A stretch of DNA of 64,000 nt from Ructibacterium sp. (GTDB lineage: Bacteria > Bacillota > Clostridia > Monoglobales > Monoglobaceae): assembly GCA_045649245.1 (NCBI GenBank), contig JAZRPL010000133.1, positions 17,323 through 81,322 of the forward strand, in the 5' to 3' direction. Position 1 is the stretch's first letter; every line of letters starts with the position of its first letter. The notes under the pieces were generated by a model, which was not told the DNA's origin, ran no database searches, and saw only the letters and a list, made by a program, of their open reading frames with translations. Below, piece by piece: positions 42,245-51,760 of the stretch. A program made the translations under genes and the position numbers.

Positions 42245-43624
42245 CTACAGGCCTAAATATTTTCGGATTACATTCCGAGCAATAGGTCCGGCATTGGTAC
42301 CGCCGGCACCGCCGTCATATTCTAAGAGGACGGCAACCGCAATTTGGGGATTCTCTGCTGGCGCATAGCCTACAAACCAGGCATGATCCTTTTCCGATTC
42401 ATTCTCTGCCGTTCCGGTTTTCCCCGCAACAGCAACGCCGGAAATCCGGCTGCTTCGTCCGGTTCCGTTTTGGACAACCCCTTGCATCAATGCATCCAGG
42501 TAGTCGGCACAGGAGGCACTCATAACCTCGGAAAGCACCGAGGGTTTTGTTGTGGATAGAGTCAAGCCGGAGGATGTAGCAATGGTATCTACAAGATAAG
42601 GTTTCATCATGACGCCGTTGTTGGCTACCGTTGCGCCCATCATGGCAACGTGTAGAGGTGTCATCAGAAGTTGGCCTTGACCAATGGAAACCAGGGCGGC
42701 ATCTTCCTGGAACATTTTTTTATATTCAATCCGGCTCTTGCTGGTGGCCAGATCAAAGGCAAAGGATTTGTTGATGCCAAAGTGTTCTGCAGTTTCCAAT
42801 ACCGTTTCGGGCCCCATTTCATATCCCAGGGTGCAAAAGGCAAAATTGCTGGAAACTTCAAAGGCTTTTTTTAAGTCAATTTCCCCATAGGCTTTCTTTC
42901 CATAGTTGTCCACTTTCAGACCGCCTTGCTCAAAGGTGCCATCGTCCTGAAAGGTTTGGGTCAGCCGGCCGGTTTCAAATGCGGCTGCGGCTGTTGCGAT
43001 TTTGTAGGTAGAACCCGGCGGATATAAGCCTTGGGTCGCTCTAGCCAAGAGCGGCGAGTCCTCCCGCTCCACGATAGAGGGCCAGTTTCTCTCTAAGTTT
43101 TCGGTGTTGGGGTCAAAGTCGGGATAACTGACCATGGCCAGAATTTTACCGCTGGAGGGTTCCAAGGCTACAACGGCACCACGTCTGCCGGCCAGTTGGT
43201 CATAAGCGTACTGTTGCAAGGTGTGGTCAATGGTTAGATTTAGATTATAGCCAGACCGTAACTCGTTAAAACTGATGGTAATATCTCCTTGGCCCAACAG
43301 TTCCTTGTCGTAGGTCATTTCCAGTTGACTTTTTCCGTAAGTACGGGAGCAATAGCCAATGACGTGGCTGTAAAGCCGGCCTTTGGGATAGCGTCGGATT
43401 CTGGCATCTCCATTTACTTCGGTTTCGGCCAGAAGGACGCCGTTGCTGTCGTAGATATTGCCCCGCTTGACAAACTTTTCATCCTCCCATTGCCGTTTGT
43501 TGTAGGGGTTGGAGGCCACCTCCTGTGCTTGGAACATATTAAAATACAGCAAATAGGTCACCAAAGATAAAAACATTAGGCAGACAACCACAAGGACACG
43601 AATAATACGTTTATTGGGATTCAT
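42245..43624 (-). CDS. class B penicillin-binding protein (PbpA-like)
   Basis: PPGSTYK (SxxK), SSN (SxN), GKTGT; GGAGGTG RBS. Confidence 0.9.
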   Translation of the reverse strand: MNPNKRIIRVLVVVCLMFLSLVTYLLYFNMFQAQEVASNPYNKRQWEDEKFVKRGNIYDSNGVLLAETEVNGDARIRRYPKGRLYSHVIGYCSRTYGKSQLEMTYDKELLGQGDITISFNELRSGYNLNLTIDHTLQQYAYDQLAGRRGAVVALEPSSGKILAMVSYPDFDPNTENLERNWPSIVEREDSPLLARATQGLYPPGSTYKIATAAAAFETGRLTQTFQDDGTFEQGGLKVDNYGKKAYGEIDLKKAFEVSSNFAFCTLGYEMGPETVLETAEHFGINKSFAFDLATSKSRIEYKKMFQEDAALVSIGQGQLLMTPLHVAMMGATVANNGVMMKPYLVDTIATSSGLTLSTTKPSVLSEVMSASCADYLDALMQGVVQNGTGRSSRISGVAVAGKTGTAENESEKDHAWFVGYAPAENPQIAVAVLLEYDGGAGGTNAGPIARNVIRKYLGL

Positions 43625-44864
43625 GGCGGTCACCTCCGATATTGCCTCTCTCTTCTTTGGCAGAAATGGCTTGTATAATGCCCAATGAGATAAAGTTTAC
43701 GACAATAGAAGTTCCCCCGTAACTGACAAAGGGTAATGTGATACCGGTCAAGGGAATCATCTTGATGACACCGCCGACAATAATAAAAGTCTGTACCGAG
43801 AACATAAGCGTGAGACCAAGACAGACCGCTTTGTCGAAGGGGTCGCGAGCGGTAATGGAGATTTTAAAACAACGGTAGGCAATGAGGAAGAAAAGAAGAA
43901 TGATGGCGGCACCGCCGAAAACGCCCATCTCTTCGCAGACTGCCGCAAAGATAAAGTCAGAATGGACCTCGGGGATATAGGTGGGAGAGCCGTTTCCGAT
44001 ACCCCGACCGAAATAGCCGCCGGAAGCAATGGCGAACAGGGATTGGGTAATTTGGTAACCCTTGTTGGAAATGTCGGACCAGGGATCCAGCCAGGTGCTG
44101 ACCCGAACCTGAATATGATATAAGAATTGATGGCCAAGAAGAGCCACAAGGGCAGCCGCGCCTACATTCATGGCCAAAAATCCGAAACGTTTTTCGTAAA
44201 CATAAATCATAAAAATGTAAATGAAAAAGAAAACCAGAATACTGCCCCAGTCCCGTTGCAGCACCAGAAAACCGATAAACAGGTAGGTGCCAAGACAGGT
44301 GACCCATTTGGGGGTTAGCCGGCAGAAAGGTTTTTCCCAGGCCTTGGAATAGTAGCAAGAGAGAAAGAAGATAAATAGAATCTTGGTAATTTCGGAGGGC
44401 TGGAAGGAAAAACTGCCAAGATTAATCCAGTTTCGGGAGCCATTGACCGTTTCGCCAAAAAGGAGGGTTGCTAAAAAGAGGCCAATACCCATGGCAAGGT
44501 AGAGAAACCATAGTTTATTCCAGAAACGGATATGGTAATAGACCACATAGGCGGTAAAGAACCCGACACCGCCCAAGGTCACCCAGAGAATCTGGCGGAC
44601 TCCGTAATCGATGTTAATGCGACATAACAAAAGAACCCCCATGGTAATGAGCATACATGCCATCAGGGCAATAAACTTATCTCCCATGTTACAAAGAACG
44701 ATGATAGAGTAGAGGAGAATAAAAATGCCAAGCAGGCCGGCTCCGATATAGAGGATATGCGGATGGTAATTGTTGGCTACAAACAAAAGGCCAAAGCCGA
44801 ACAGGTTCATCAGCATGAGCAAATAGGCCGGCCGACGATAGTTTAGACCTTTAAACTTCCCCAT
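43611..44864 (-). CDS. FtsW/RodA/SpoVE SEDS protein
   Basis: FQPSEITK, PEVHSDFIF, TGITLPFVSYGG. Confidence 0.92.
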   Translation of the reverse strand: MGKFKGLNYRRPAYLLMLMNLFGFGLLFVANNYHPHILYIGAGLLGIFILLYSIIVLCNMGDKFIALMACMLITMGVLLLCRINIDYGVRQILWVTLGGVGFFTAYVVYYHIRFWNKLWFLYLAMGIGLFLATLLFGETVNGSRNWINLGSFSFQPSEITKILFIFFLSCYYSKAWEKPFCRLTPKWVTCLGTYLFIGFLVLQRDWGSILVFFFIYIFMIYVYEKRFGFLAMNVGAAALVALLGHQFLYHIQVRVSTWLDPWSDISNKGYQITQSLFAIASGGYFGRGIGNGSPTYIPEVHSDFIFAAVCEEMGVFGGAAIILLFFLIAYRCFKISITARDPFDKAVCLGLTLMFSVQTFIIVGGVIKMIPLTGITLPFVSYGGTSIVVNFISLGIIQAISAKEERGNIGGDRHESQ

Positions 44865-44884
44865 AGTTCGCTCCTTTCGGTTTC

Positions 44885-45352
44885 CTACATCTCAAAAATA
44901 AAGCGAAGGCCACCAATGGATATTTCATCTTGCGGATCCAGCATGACCCGGCGAGCAATACGTTGACCGTTGATTTTGGTGCCGTTTCGGCTTCCCAAGT
45001 CTTCCAGATACCATTCATCCTTCTCGAACCAGATGCGGACATGTTGCGAGGAAACGTATTTTTCCCGCAGTATGATATCGCAGGTTTTGTTTCGGCCGAT
45101 GATAGCCTGTCCGTAAATCATATATCTTTTTTTCAAGACAGTTTCGGCTGGGCTTTGCCCCGGCAAGGTACGCAAACTGGCGGTGGCAACACCGCTAACA
45201 TTCACGCTGTCATTTTCAAAACGGCTCATTTTTTTCACATCCAGATAAATAAGACGGATAATGCCGAAGATAAAGAGATAAATGACAAAGGTAAAAACGT
45301 AACTTAGGATGGATGACAAAAAGTTATAAAAGGTCAAGGCGGTCACCTCCAT
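44885..45352 (-). CDS. membrane-anchored FHA-domain protein
   Basis: N-terminal TM; IGR, VSSQH, DLGSRNGT. Confidence 0.9.
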   Translation of the reverse strand: MEVTALTFYNFLSSILSYVFTFVIYLFIFGIIRLIYLDVKKMSRFENDSVNVSGVATASLRTLPGQSPAETVLKKRYMIYGQAIIGRNKTCDIILREKYVSSQHVRIWFEKDEWYLEDLGSRNGTKINGQRIARRVMLDPQDEISIGGLRFIFEM

Positions 45353-45396
45353 GTTTGGTTCAAAGCCGTGTATGGCAAGGGATTTTCTATGATTTC

Positions 45397-45425
45397 ATTA
45401 TACACAAAGATTTCCTGAAAGTCAA
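45397..45425 (-). promoter_or_regulatory. sigma-A promoter TTGACT-17-TATAAT
   Basis: Minus-strand hexamers upstream of the FHA gene. Confidence 0.7.
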
Positions 45426-45474
45426 CAATAGGGAATCTTTGGAGCAGGAAGTGGAAAAGCCCCCTCACTTGGGC

Positions 45475-45512
45475 AAAAAAATAAGTCGGAACAAAGATGT
45501 CTTTGTTCCGAC
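45475..45512 (-). terminator. tRNA terminator hairpin
   Basis: GTCGGAACAAAGA/TCTTTGTTCCGAC followed by a T-rich tract on the minus strand. Confidence 0.7.
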
Positions 45513-45513
45513 G

Positions 45514-45589
45514 TGGAGCTGGTGATGGGACTCGAACCCGCAACCTGCTGATTACAAATCAGCTGCTCTGCCAATTGAGCTACACCAGC
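45514..45589 (-). tRNA. tRNA-Thr(TGT)
   Basis: GCTGGTGTAGCTCAATTGG..CTGATTTGTAATCAG..GGTTCGAGTCC..CACCAGCTCCA, 76 nt with CCA. Confidence 0.97.
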
Positions 45590-45598
45590 ACAAAGGTT

Positions 45599-45627
45599 AT
45601 TCTATCACAAGGTTCGGGAATTGTCAA
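45599..45627 (-). promoter_or_regulatory. tRNA promoter TTGACA-17-TAGAAT
   Basis: Minus-strand hexamers. Confidence 0.75.
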
Positions 45628-45700
45628 CTGTTTTTTGGTTTTGGAGAAAAATATGGAGAATTTTGGTGCAAAGGTAAAGGTCCCTGAATTTTTGATTCTG

Positions 45701-46336
45701 TTACAGACGGGGAAGACCGCAGTACTTGGTATCTCCTTGGGTAATGGTAATCTGGCCGTTTAACTGATCAAAGATCTCGTTGCAAAATCGTTCTGCTTCT
45801 CCAACGGGCAGGCAGAGGGGAAGTTGCACCCGCTGGGTATAGAGGGGCTCTCCTTGAATAATTTGGGGACGTTTGGAGAGTTGGTTTTGCAGCGTTCCCC
45901 AAAGGGTATATTCACAGTCAAGGAGCAGTTCCCGACATAAAATCATATCCAGAAGACCTGCGGCTTCTACCCCCGCTTTGGCCGCTTTGGAATAGGCGTG
46001 TACCAGTCCGCCGGTACCTAGTAAAGTGCCGCCAAAATAGCGAGTGACCACCACAATCAAATTGCTGAGCCCTTCCCGCTTCAAAATTTCCAGCACAGGC
46101 AGGCCGGCAGTCCCGCCGGGCTCCCCGTCATCGCTGTATCGTGTCAGTTGATTTTCTTCTAGTACATACGCATAGACATTGTGGGTGGCATCCCAATATT
46201 CTTGCCGAAGTTGGTTTAAAAAATCCAAGGCTTGCGTCTCGGTTTCCACCGGCCGGACTGTGGCAAGAAAGCGAGAGCGTTTTTCGATTATTTCGGCACA
46301 GGCCTCATGGGCAATGGTGGTATAACGTTCTTTCAT
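45701..46336 (-). CDS. YigZ/IMPACT family protein
   Basis: EKRSRF, ATHNVYAY, SDDGEP, RYFGGTLLGTGGL. Confidence 0.92.
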   Translation of the reverse strand: MKERYTTIAHEACAEIIEKRSRFLATVRPVETETQALDFLNQLRQEYWDATHNVYAYVLEENQLTRYSDDGEPGGTAGLPVLEILKREGLSNLIVVVTRYFGGTLLGTGGLVHAYSKAAKAGVEAAGLLDMILCRELLLDCEYTLWGTLQNQLSKRPQIIQGEPLYTQRVQLPLCLPVGEAERFCNEIFDQLNGQITITQGDTKYCGLPRL

Positions 46337-46392
46337 GGTTTAGACTCCTTTAAGATTCTTTTTTTATTATACCGAGGAGAGGCAAAAAGATT

Positions 46393-46409
46393 TGTCGAAT
46401 TTTGCCGAA
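46393..46409 (+). promoter_or_regulatory. tandem Spo0A boxes TGTCGAA and TGCCGAA
   Basis: Two TGNCGAA matches 10 bp apart upstream of the ger operon. Confidence 0.5.
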
Positions 46410-46470
46410 ATAATGGAATTTGTTTTTCTGTGTTGGGCAAATCCTTTTTATTGCGGGGCAACCAAGATGC

Positions 46471-46500
46471 GTATAGATTGCGGCACAGATGGGGAAGATA
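46471..46500 (+). promoter_or_regulatory. sigma-F/G-like promoter GTATA-15-GGGGAAGATA
   Basis: Approximate forespore consensus. Confidence 0.4.
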
Positions 46501-46545
46501 ACCATGGAAAAAGACGGAAGGCTATTAGAAGAGGAGGGACAAGAC

Positions 46546-48078
46546 ATGGGAGAGCGGACTCAAATCCCGGCAGATATTCAAAAAAGTCGGAAATACATCG
46601 AAACGCAGTTTGAAGCAGGAAAGAATTTTGATTTTAAACTTCGGGATTTCAAAATTGGATTTGCCGATGAATTGGTCAGTGGATTCCTTATTTTTTATGA
46701 CGGGATGGTCAATAAAAACTTTATTAATCGGGATTTGATGCGGGGATTGATGCAAAGCGGCATCGGGGAAACCCCGGAAATGTCCAGGGAGGAAACCGTT
46801 TCCCAGAGAATGACAGCCGTTGGTCCGTTGACGGTGGTGCGGGATTTTGAAGCCGCTGTGGCGGATACGGCCTTTGGTCATTGTCTGGTTTTTGTGGATG
46901 GATGTGCCTGTGCCTTTGCGGCGGATGTAAAGGGATGGGGAAGTCGGAGCGTAGGGCAACCGGTGCAGGAGGCCAGTCTGTCCGGACCTCAGGAAGCCTT
47001 TAATGAAACATTGGTAATTGATGTAGGCATGATCCGGAAAATATTAAAGACATCCGATTTAATTGCGGAAAATATCAATGTGGGAAGGGAGAGTCAAACC
47101 CCTTGCGGATTGTTATATCTTCGAGGTGTTACCAACCAGGGGTTGGTGGAAGAGGTGCGGCGGCGGATGGAGAAGATTGATATCTCCTATCTTTTCTCTA
47201 CCGGAGATCTGGAAATGCTGCTAGAGGAAAAAACTTATCTGCCGGTAACTCATACTTTAAAAACAGAACGTCCAGACCGTGCGGCAGCCATGCTGGCAGA
47301 GGGAAAAGTGGTTGTTTTGGTACAGGGCAGTCCCTTTGCTTTGGTGCTTCCCACCACGGCCACGGACTTGATTGAGGCCTCCGAGGACAACTATGTTCGT
47401 GTTTCCGAGGCCAACTTTATGCGATTGGTACGTCTTGCGGGAATTTTTCTGGCTGTTTTTTTGCCGGGGATTTTTGTTGCCGTACTCCTTTACCATCACG
47501 GAATTCTTCCTACCGAACTGCTCCTTGCCATTGAAGCAAGCCGAGAGCCGGTTCCCTTTCCCTTGGTGGCAGAACTGATTCTTATGATGTTAGCCTTTGA
47601 ACTCATCAAGGAGGCCTCTATCCGAGTCCCCGGTCCGGTGGGATCTACCCTGGGGATTATCGGCGGATTGATTCTGGGACAGGCTGCTGTAGAGGCCAAT
47701 ATTGTCAGTCCCCTTTTGATTATTGTAGTATCCATTGCAGGGCTTGGAACTTTTGCAGCCCCATCGGTGGGATTGTCCCGATCTATATCCCTGATGCAAC
47801 TGGTCTATATTATATTCGGTGCTGCTGCCGGACTGCTTGGGATCGTTTGCGGTGTTTTTATCAGCGGTAGTATTCTGGCCGCATCAGAAACCTTTGGGGT
47901 GCCTTTTTTATCGCCATTGACGCCCAAAAACGGAGATTCCGTCTGGGGAACACTGCTGATTAAGCCCATCTGGAAAAAGGAACGGCGGCCGCGGAATCTG
48001 CGTACGCAGAATCCGGTCAAACAGCCTCATATCAGCAGAAAGTGGATCAAAAGCCAAAGGGGAGGGGAGTCTTCGTGA
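46546..48078 (+). CDS. spore germinant receptor A subunit (GerA/GerKA family)
   Basis: GPQEAFNE, TERPDR, REPVPFP, LIKEASIRVP, GGLILGQAAVEA. Confidence 0.92.
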   Translation: MGERTQIPADIQKSRKYIETQFEAGKNFDFKLRDFKIGFADELVSGFLIFYDGMVNKNFINRDLMRGLMQSGIGETPEMSREETVSQRMTAVGPLTVVRDFEAAVADTAFGHCLVFVDGCACAFAADVKGWGSRSVGQPVQEASLSGPQEAFNETLVIDVGMIRKILKTSDLIAENINVGRESQTPCGLLYLRGVTNQGLVEEVRRRMEKIDISYLFSTGDLEMLLEEKTYLPVTHTLKTERPDRAAAMLAEGKVVVLVQGSPFALVLPTTATDLIEASEDNYVRVSEANFMRLVRLAGIFLAVFLPGIFVAVLLYHHGILPTELLLAIEASREPVPFPLVAELILMMLAFELIKEASIRVPGPVGSTLGIIGGLILGQAAVEANIVSPLLIIVVSIAGLGTFAAPSVGLSRSISLMQLVYIIFGAAAGLLGIVCGVFISGSILAASETFGVPFLSPLTPKNGDSVWGTLLIKPIWKKERRPRNLRTQNPVKQPHISRKWIKSQRGGESS

Positions 48079-50030
48079 ACAAAAAAAACCGGTACTTGGG
48101 GAAATGGGAACTGGGATGTTTGGTGTTCCATGCCTGTTTTTACAAGATTTTCACATCGTATCCGCAACAGTTTGGCGAAATTAGCGGTTCGGCGGCTTGG
48201 ATTACCGTCTTATATACAGGGATTATTTTTCTGGCGGTATTTGGTGTGGTGCTCTGGATTTTGCAAAAATATAAGCCTTGGAATTATCCCGTAGCCAGAG
48301 GGATTGGCCGGGTTTTGCTGGCAGGCTACTGGATTTTCTCTGCCGTCTATGCACTGGGGGAATTTACAGAAATTCTGCAAGAGGTTGCCTATCCTCGCTC
48401 TCCCCAGTGGCTTTTGGCGGGGTTCTTTTTGCTGGGAGCCGTCGTTACGGTTCTTTGCGGCGGCAAGGCGGTTTATCGAATGCATTCCTTAACGGTTTTG
48501 GGGATTGGATTGGCTATGGCAGCGGTGGCGGTTTTTGGATTAAAATACGCCGAACCGGCTTACCTTGCGCCATGGCTAGGGAAAGGACCGGAGAGAATCT
48601 TTGGCACAGGACTTTCCGCGTTATTTTTGTATACCGATAGTCTTTTGGTAGTTCAGTTGATACCGCGCTGCCGGCCGGAGGTCAAGGCGGGGCGGGTATC
48701 TTTTCTGGGTGCATCCCTTGCAGTGTTGGTGCATACAGCCCTGATGCTGGTTTCTTCCATGTCCCATCCGTTGGAGGTAAATATTTTGTCAGGAAATCTC
48801 CTCTACCCGTTGACCAAGGCGGCCTATTTCGGAAAGTTTTGGTCCAGACTGGATATGGTCTATATGATAGCATTGATAACCTCCGGCTTTTTGCATCTGT
48901 CTATGGCGCTTCACCTATTTTTCTTGGCGGTTGGGAAAAAAAGACTGCGTGTGGGTACCTTAAAGACAGGAGTCACTGTACTGGGGCTTTGCCTCTGCCT
49001 TAGCCTGTCCGGTTGCTATGATGGCCGTGAGGTAGAGGAGTCGGCCTATGCCGTTGGACTGGGGGTGGATAAAGGAGAGGAAGAGAAGTATTGCTATACC
49101 TTTCAGTTATCCAATCCCTTGGAACTAGGAGGAACCATCAAAACGGAATCTATGGAATCTTCTAAAGAAGGCGAGGAAGAGGCAGGAGAGGAGAATAAGA
49201 CGGTCAGCAATATCAGGATTGAGGCAGAGAATTTTTATCTTGCCGTCAATCGATTAAAGAGTCATCTTAGCAAAGAGCCGGATTTTTCTCATCTAAAAGT
49301 CATTGTATTTTCTGGCGAAGTGGCCCGGGAGGGGTTGTTAGAGCACACATCTTTATTATTTCAGGAACGAGAGATTCGGCCCAGCACCAATGTGTGTTTG
49401 GCAGAGTCTGCACAGGACTTTTTAATACAAGTCAAACCCACTTTGGAGCAAAGTACGGCTCGGTACTATGAATTGTTTTTTCAAAATCGAAACACGCCCT
49501 ATGCACCGGTGGTGGAACTTAGAGAATTTGTTTCCAGAGGGATGGATTTGGGAAGAGATCCGGTCCTGCCTGTTGCCGACAAAGAAAAGTTAATGGGGAT
49601 GGGGATTTTTAAAGACGGTGTGTTGGTCGGGCAAATGGATGGGAACCAGGCCTTATTATATGAACTTTTATCCGGACAGGCCCGGGAGGTGGCCGTCCTT
49701 GCGGGGGATTCTACCTTTGCGGTTACCGCACGGCAACAGCCTAAGATTCAAATTGACCAAGGCAGCACACCGCCGAGAATCCTGGTAAGAGTCAAACTGG
49801 AAGCCAAGCTGATGAACGGCAGCGAAAGGGATATACCAAGGTTGGCGGCACAACTGGAGGGGGATATGACATCTTTTTTAAGGGAAACGCTGCAACTGTC
49901 CTCCGATGTGCTGGGGATAGGAAATGTGTTGCGAAAAGCCATGTTGTTGCAGGAGGATTGGGAATCCGCTTTGGAGCAGGGAAAATTGTCGGGATTTGAC
50001 ATTTTTACCCAAACAAGTATAAAAATATAA
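48075..50030 (+). CDS. fused germinant receptor B (permease-like) and C (lipoprotein) subunits
   Basis: N-half multi-TM with SAAWI, YPRSP, RLD; internal LSGC-YDGREVEE..GLGVD and HLKVIVFS..AREG of Ger(x)C; GTGA overlap. Confidence 0.8.
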   Translation: MNKKNRYLGKWELGCLVFHACFYKIFTSYPQQFGEISGSAAWITVLYTGIIFLAVFGVVLWILQKYKPWNYPVARGIGRVLLAGYWIFSAVYALGEFTEILQEVAYPRSPQWLLAGFFLLGAVVTVLCGGKAVYRMHSLTVLGIGLAMAAVAVFGLKYAEPAYLAPWLGKGPERIFGTGLSALFLYTDSLLVVQLIPRCRPEVKAGRVSFLGASLAVLVHTALMLVSSMSHPLEVNILSGNLLYPLTKAAYFGKFWSRLDMVYMIALITSGFLHLSMALHLFFLAVGKKRLRVGTLKTGVTVLGLCLCLSLSGCYDGREVEESAYAVGLGVDKGEEEKYCYTFQLSNPLELGGTIKTESMESSKEGEEEAGEENKTVSNIRIEAENFYLAVNRLKSHLSKEPDFSHLKVIVFSGEVAREGLLEHTSLLFQEREIRPSTNVCLAESAQDFLIQVKPTLEQSTARYYELFFQNRNTPYAPVVELREFVSRGMDLGRDPVLPVADKEKLMGMGIFKDGVLVGQMDGNQALLYELLSGQAREVAVLAGDSTFAVTARQQPKIQIDQGSTPPRILVRVKLEAKLMNGSERDIPRLAAQLEGDMTSFLRETLQLSSDVLGIGNVLRKAMLLQEDWESALEQGKLSGFDIFTQTSIKI

Positions 50031-50056
50031 ATCTTTTACAAATTTAGGAAAAAACG

Positions 50057-50085
50057 TTGACTCTTTTTGGGAATTAAAGTATAAT
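50057..50085 (+). promoter_or_regulatory. sigma-A promoter TTGACT-17-TATAAT
   Basis: Near-consensus hexamers. Confidence 0.75.
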
Positions 50086-50119
50086 ATTGTCACAAGAAAT
50101 TTTCGAAAGGTGTGGTATT

Positions 50120-50374
50120 GTGGCAGTAAAGGCAACGGGTATTGTGAGAAAAATCGACGAATTAGGGAGATTGGTTTTGCCCAAGGAATTGCGAAATACA
50201 TTTCAAATTCAGCACGATGATCCCATTGAAATCTATGTAGAGGATGACTGCATTATCTTAAAGAAATATCAGCCTACTTGCATTTTTTGCGGGAGCGCTG
50301 AGGACTTGACAGAGTTCAACGATAAAAGGGTCTGCACGCGGTGCATTGAGGGATTAAAACCCAAGACAGAATAA
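50120..50374 (+). CDS. abrB: AbrB transition-state regulator
   Basis: TGIVRKIDELGRLVLPKELR; C-terminal CIFC..CTRC; GTG start. Confidence 0.9.
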   Translation: MAVKATGIVRKIDELGRLVLPKELRNTFQIQHDDPIEIYVEDDCIILKKYQPTCIFCGSAEDLTEFNDKRVCTRCIEGLKPKTE

Positions 50375-50391
50375 AGAGAAAAAGCAAACGG

Positions 50392-50418
50392 AAACGGAGG
50401 CCTTGGCCTCCGTTTTTT
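50392..50418. terminator. bidirectional terminator
   Basis: AAACGGAGGCC-tt-GGCCTCCGTTT. Confidence 0.8.
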
Positions 50419-50425
50419 ATAGGTG

Positions 50426-50947
50426 TTACAGCAATAACAGTCTTGCCATTAAAATAGACAGCAGAATTCCGGTGCCGTCAGCCGCTAAGGCTGCGCCGAT
50501 GGTGTGGCGGGTATTTTTGATTCCTACAGATCCAAAATAGACGGCAACGGTGTAGAAGGTGGTTTCGGTAGAACCCATCATAACAGAAGCGATGATGCCG
50601 GCGGGGGAATCAGGACCCAGGTTTTGGAAGATATCCGTTACAATGGCGGTGGAAGCGCTGCCGGAGATAGGCCGCAGCAAGGCCAGAGGAAGAACATCGG
50701 CCGGCAGTTTTAAGAATTGCAAAAGGGGGGATAGAACCTTTGCCAAAAGATCCAGCGTTCCGCTGGCACGAAACATGGAGATGGCCACCATAAGGCCGAT
50801 GAGAGGAGCAATGATGCCTACCATGCTTTGCAGACCTTCTTTAGCGCCATCTACAAAACAGTCGTAAACACCGACCCGCCGGATAAGACCAAGGCTGAGA
50901 AAGCCGGCAATTAACAAAGGGACGGCAAGGGTGGAAATAAGCATCAT
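50426..50947 (-). CDS. spmB: spore maturation protein B
   Basis: FVDGAKEG, LRPISGS, GSTETTFY. Confidence 0.92.
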   Translation of the reverse strand: MMLISTLAVPLLIAGFLSLGLIRRVGVYDCFVDGAKEGLQSMVGIIAPLIGLMVAISMFRASGTLDLLAKVLSPLLQFLKLPADVLPLALLRPISGSASTAIVTDIFQNLGPDSPAGIIASVMMGSTETTFYTVAVYFGSVGIKNTRHTIGAALAADGTGILLSILMARLLLL

Positions 50948-51525
50948 AGCCGGGTTCTCCTCTCCAAAAGTTTTGCGGTCAGGATTCCTACCGTTAACGC
51001 ACAGATGCTGACAATCCAGATGGGGACAATGATTTCACCGGGGGCGGCAGAACCATAGGTTTGGCGTAGGGAGATTAAGGTAGTGGGAATCAGTTGGATC
51101 GAGGCGGTATTTAAAACTACAAAGATACACATTTCGTTAGAGGCGCTGCGCCTGCCTTGGTTTAGATGGGACAAATCCTGCATGGCTTTCAGGCCAAGAG
51201 GTGTTGCAGCATTGCCCATGCCAAAGAGGTTGGCTACTACGTTCATGACAATACTGCCTTCGGCCGGAGAATCAGGATCCAATCGGGGAAATAACCGCCG
51301 AAGAAGAGGTCGAAGCAACCGTGCCATGCTCCGAACCAGACCGGCTCGCTCGCCGATTTTGGCCAGGCCGGTCCAGAGACAGAGAATGCCAAGGAGCGCA
51401 AAGCAGGTTTCTATGGCGCTGGCTGCGCCGGTTACAGCCGCCGCTGCGGTTTGTTCCAGTTTCCCTGTAAACGAAGAAACAATAAGAGAAAGTAAAATCA
51501 TTCCGCCCCAAATGAAATTCAGCAT
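50944..51525 (-). CDS. spmA: spore maturation protein A
   Basis: MLNFIW, ANLFGMGNAATPLG, NTASIQLIP. Confidence 0.93.
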   Translation of the reverse strand: MLNFIWGGMILLSLIVSSFTGKLEQTAAAAVTGAASAIETCFALLGILCLWTGLAKIGERAGLVRSMARLLRPLLRRLFPRLDPDSPAEGSIVMNVVANLFGMGNAATPLGLKAMQDLSHLNQGRRSASNEMCIFVVLNTASIQLIPTTLISLRQTYGSAAPGEIIVPIWIVSICALTVGILTAKLLERRTRL

Positions 51526-51561
51526 GGTGGGCACCTCCGGTTTAGAGACTTTTGTCCCTTT

Positions 51562-51590
51562 ATTTCTATGCGAAGGAATGGAAAGATAGC
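51562..51590 (-). promoter_or_regulatory. sigma-E-like promoter with -10 CATAGAAAT
   Basis: Mother-cell type -10; spmAB is sigma-E dependent in Bacillus. Confidence 0.45.
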
Positions 51591-51632
51591 CCTTTTTGCA
51601 GGGACTTTTTTGCGGGGACTTTGGAATAGGAC

Positions 51633-51661
51633 TTGAATTTCCCTAAAACATATAGTATAAT
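51633..51661 (+). promoter_or_regulatory. sigma-A promoter TTGAAT-17-TATAAT
   Basis: Hexamers and spacing. Confidence 0.7.
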
Positions 51662-51760
51662 AAAGTATCATAGTCTTTTTCTGCCCATTAAGGGGCAGAA
51701 GAGCAATTTACAGAGAACCGCCGTGGCGGTAGCCGGGCTTGAAAGGAAAGGTTGATTGGA

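Noticed and set aside
45475-45600. tRNA-Thr as an integration site
   Set aside because: No integrase and no duplicated tRNA 3' end seen; flanks are core genes
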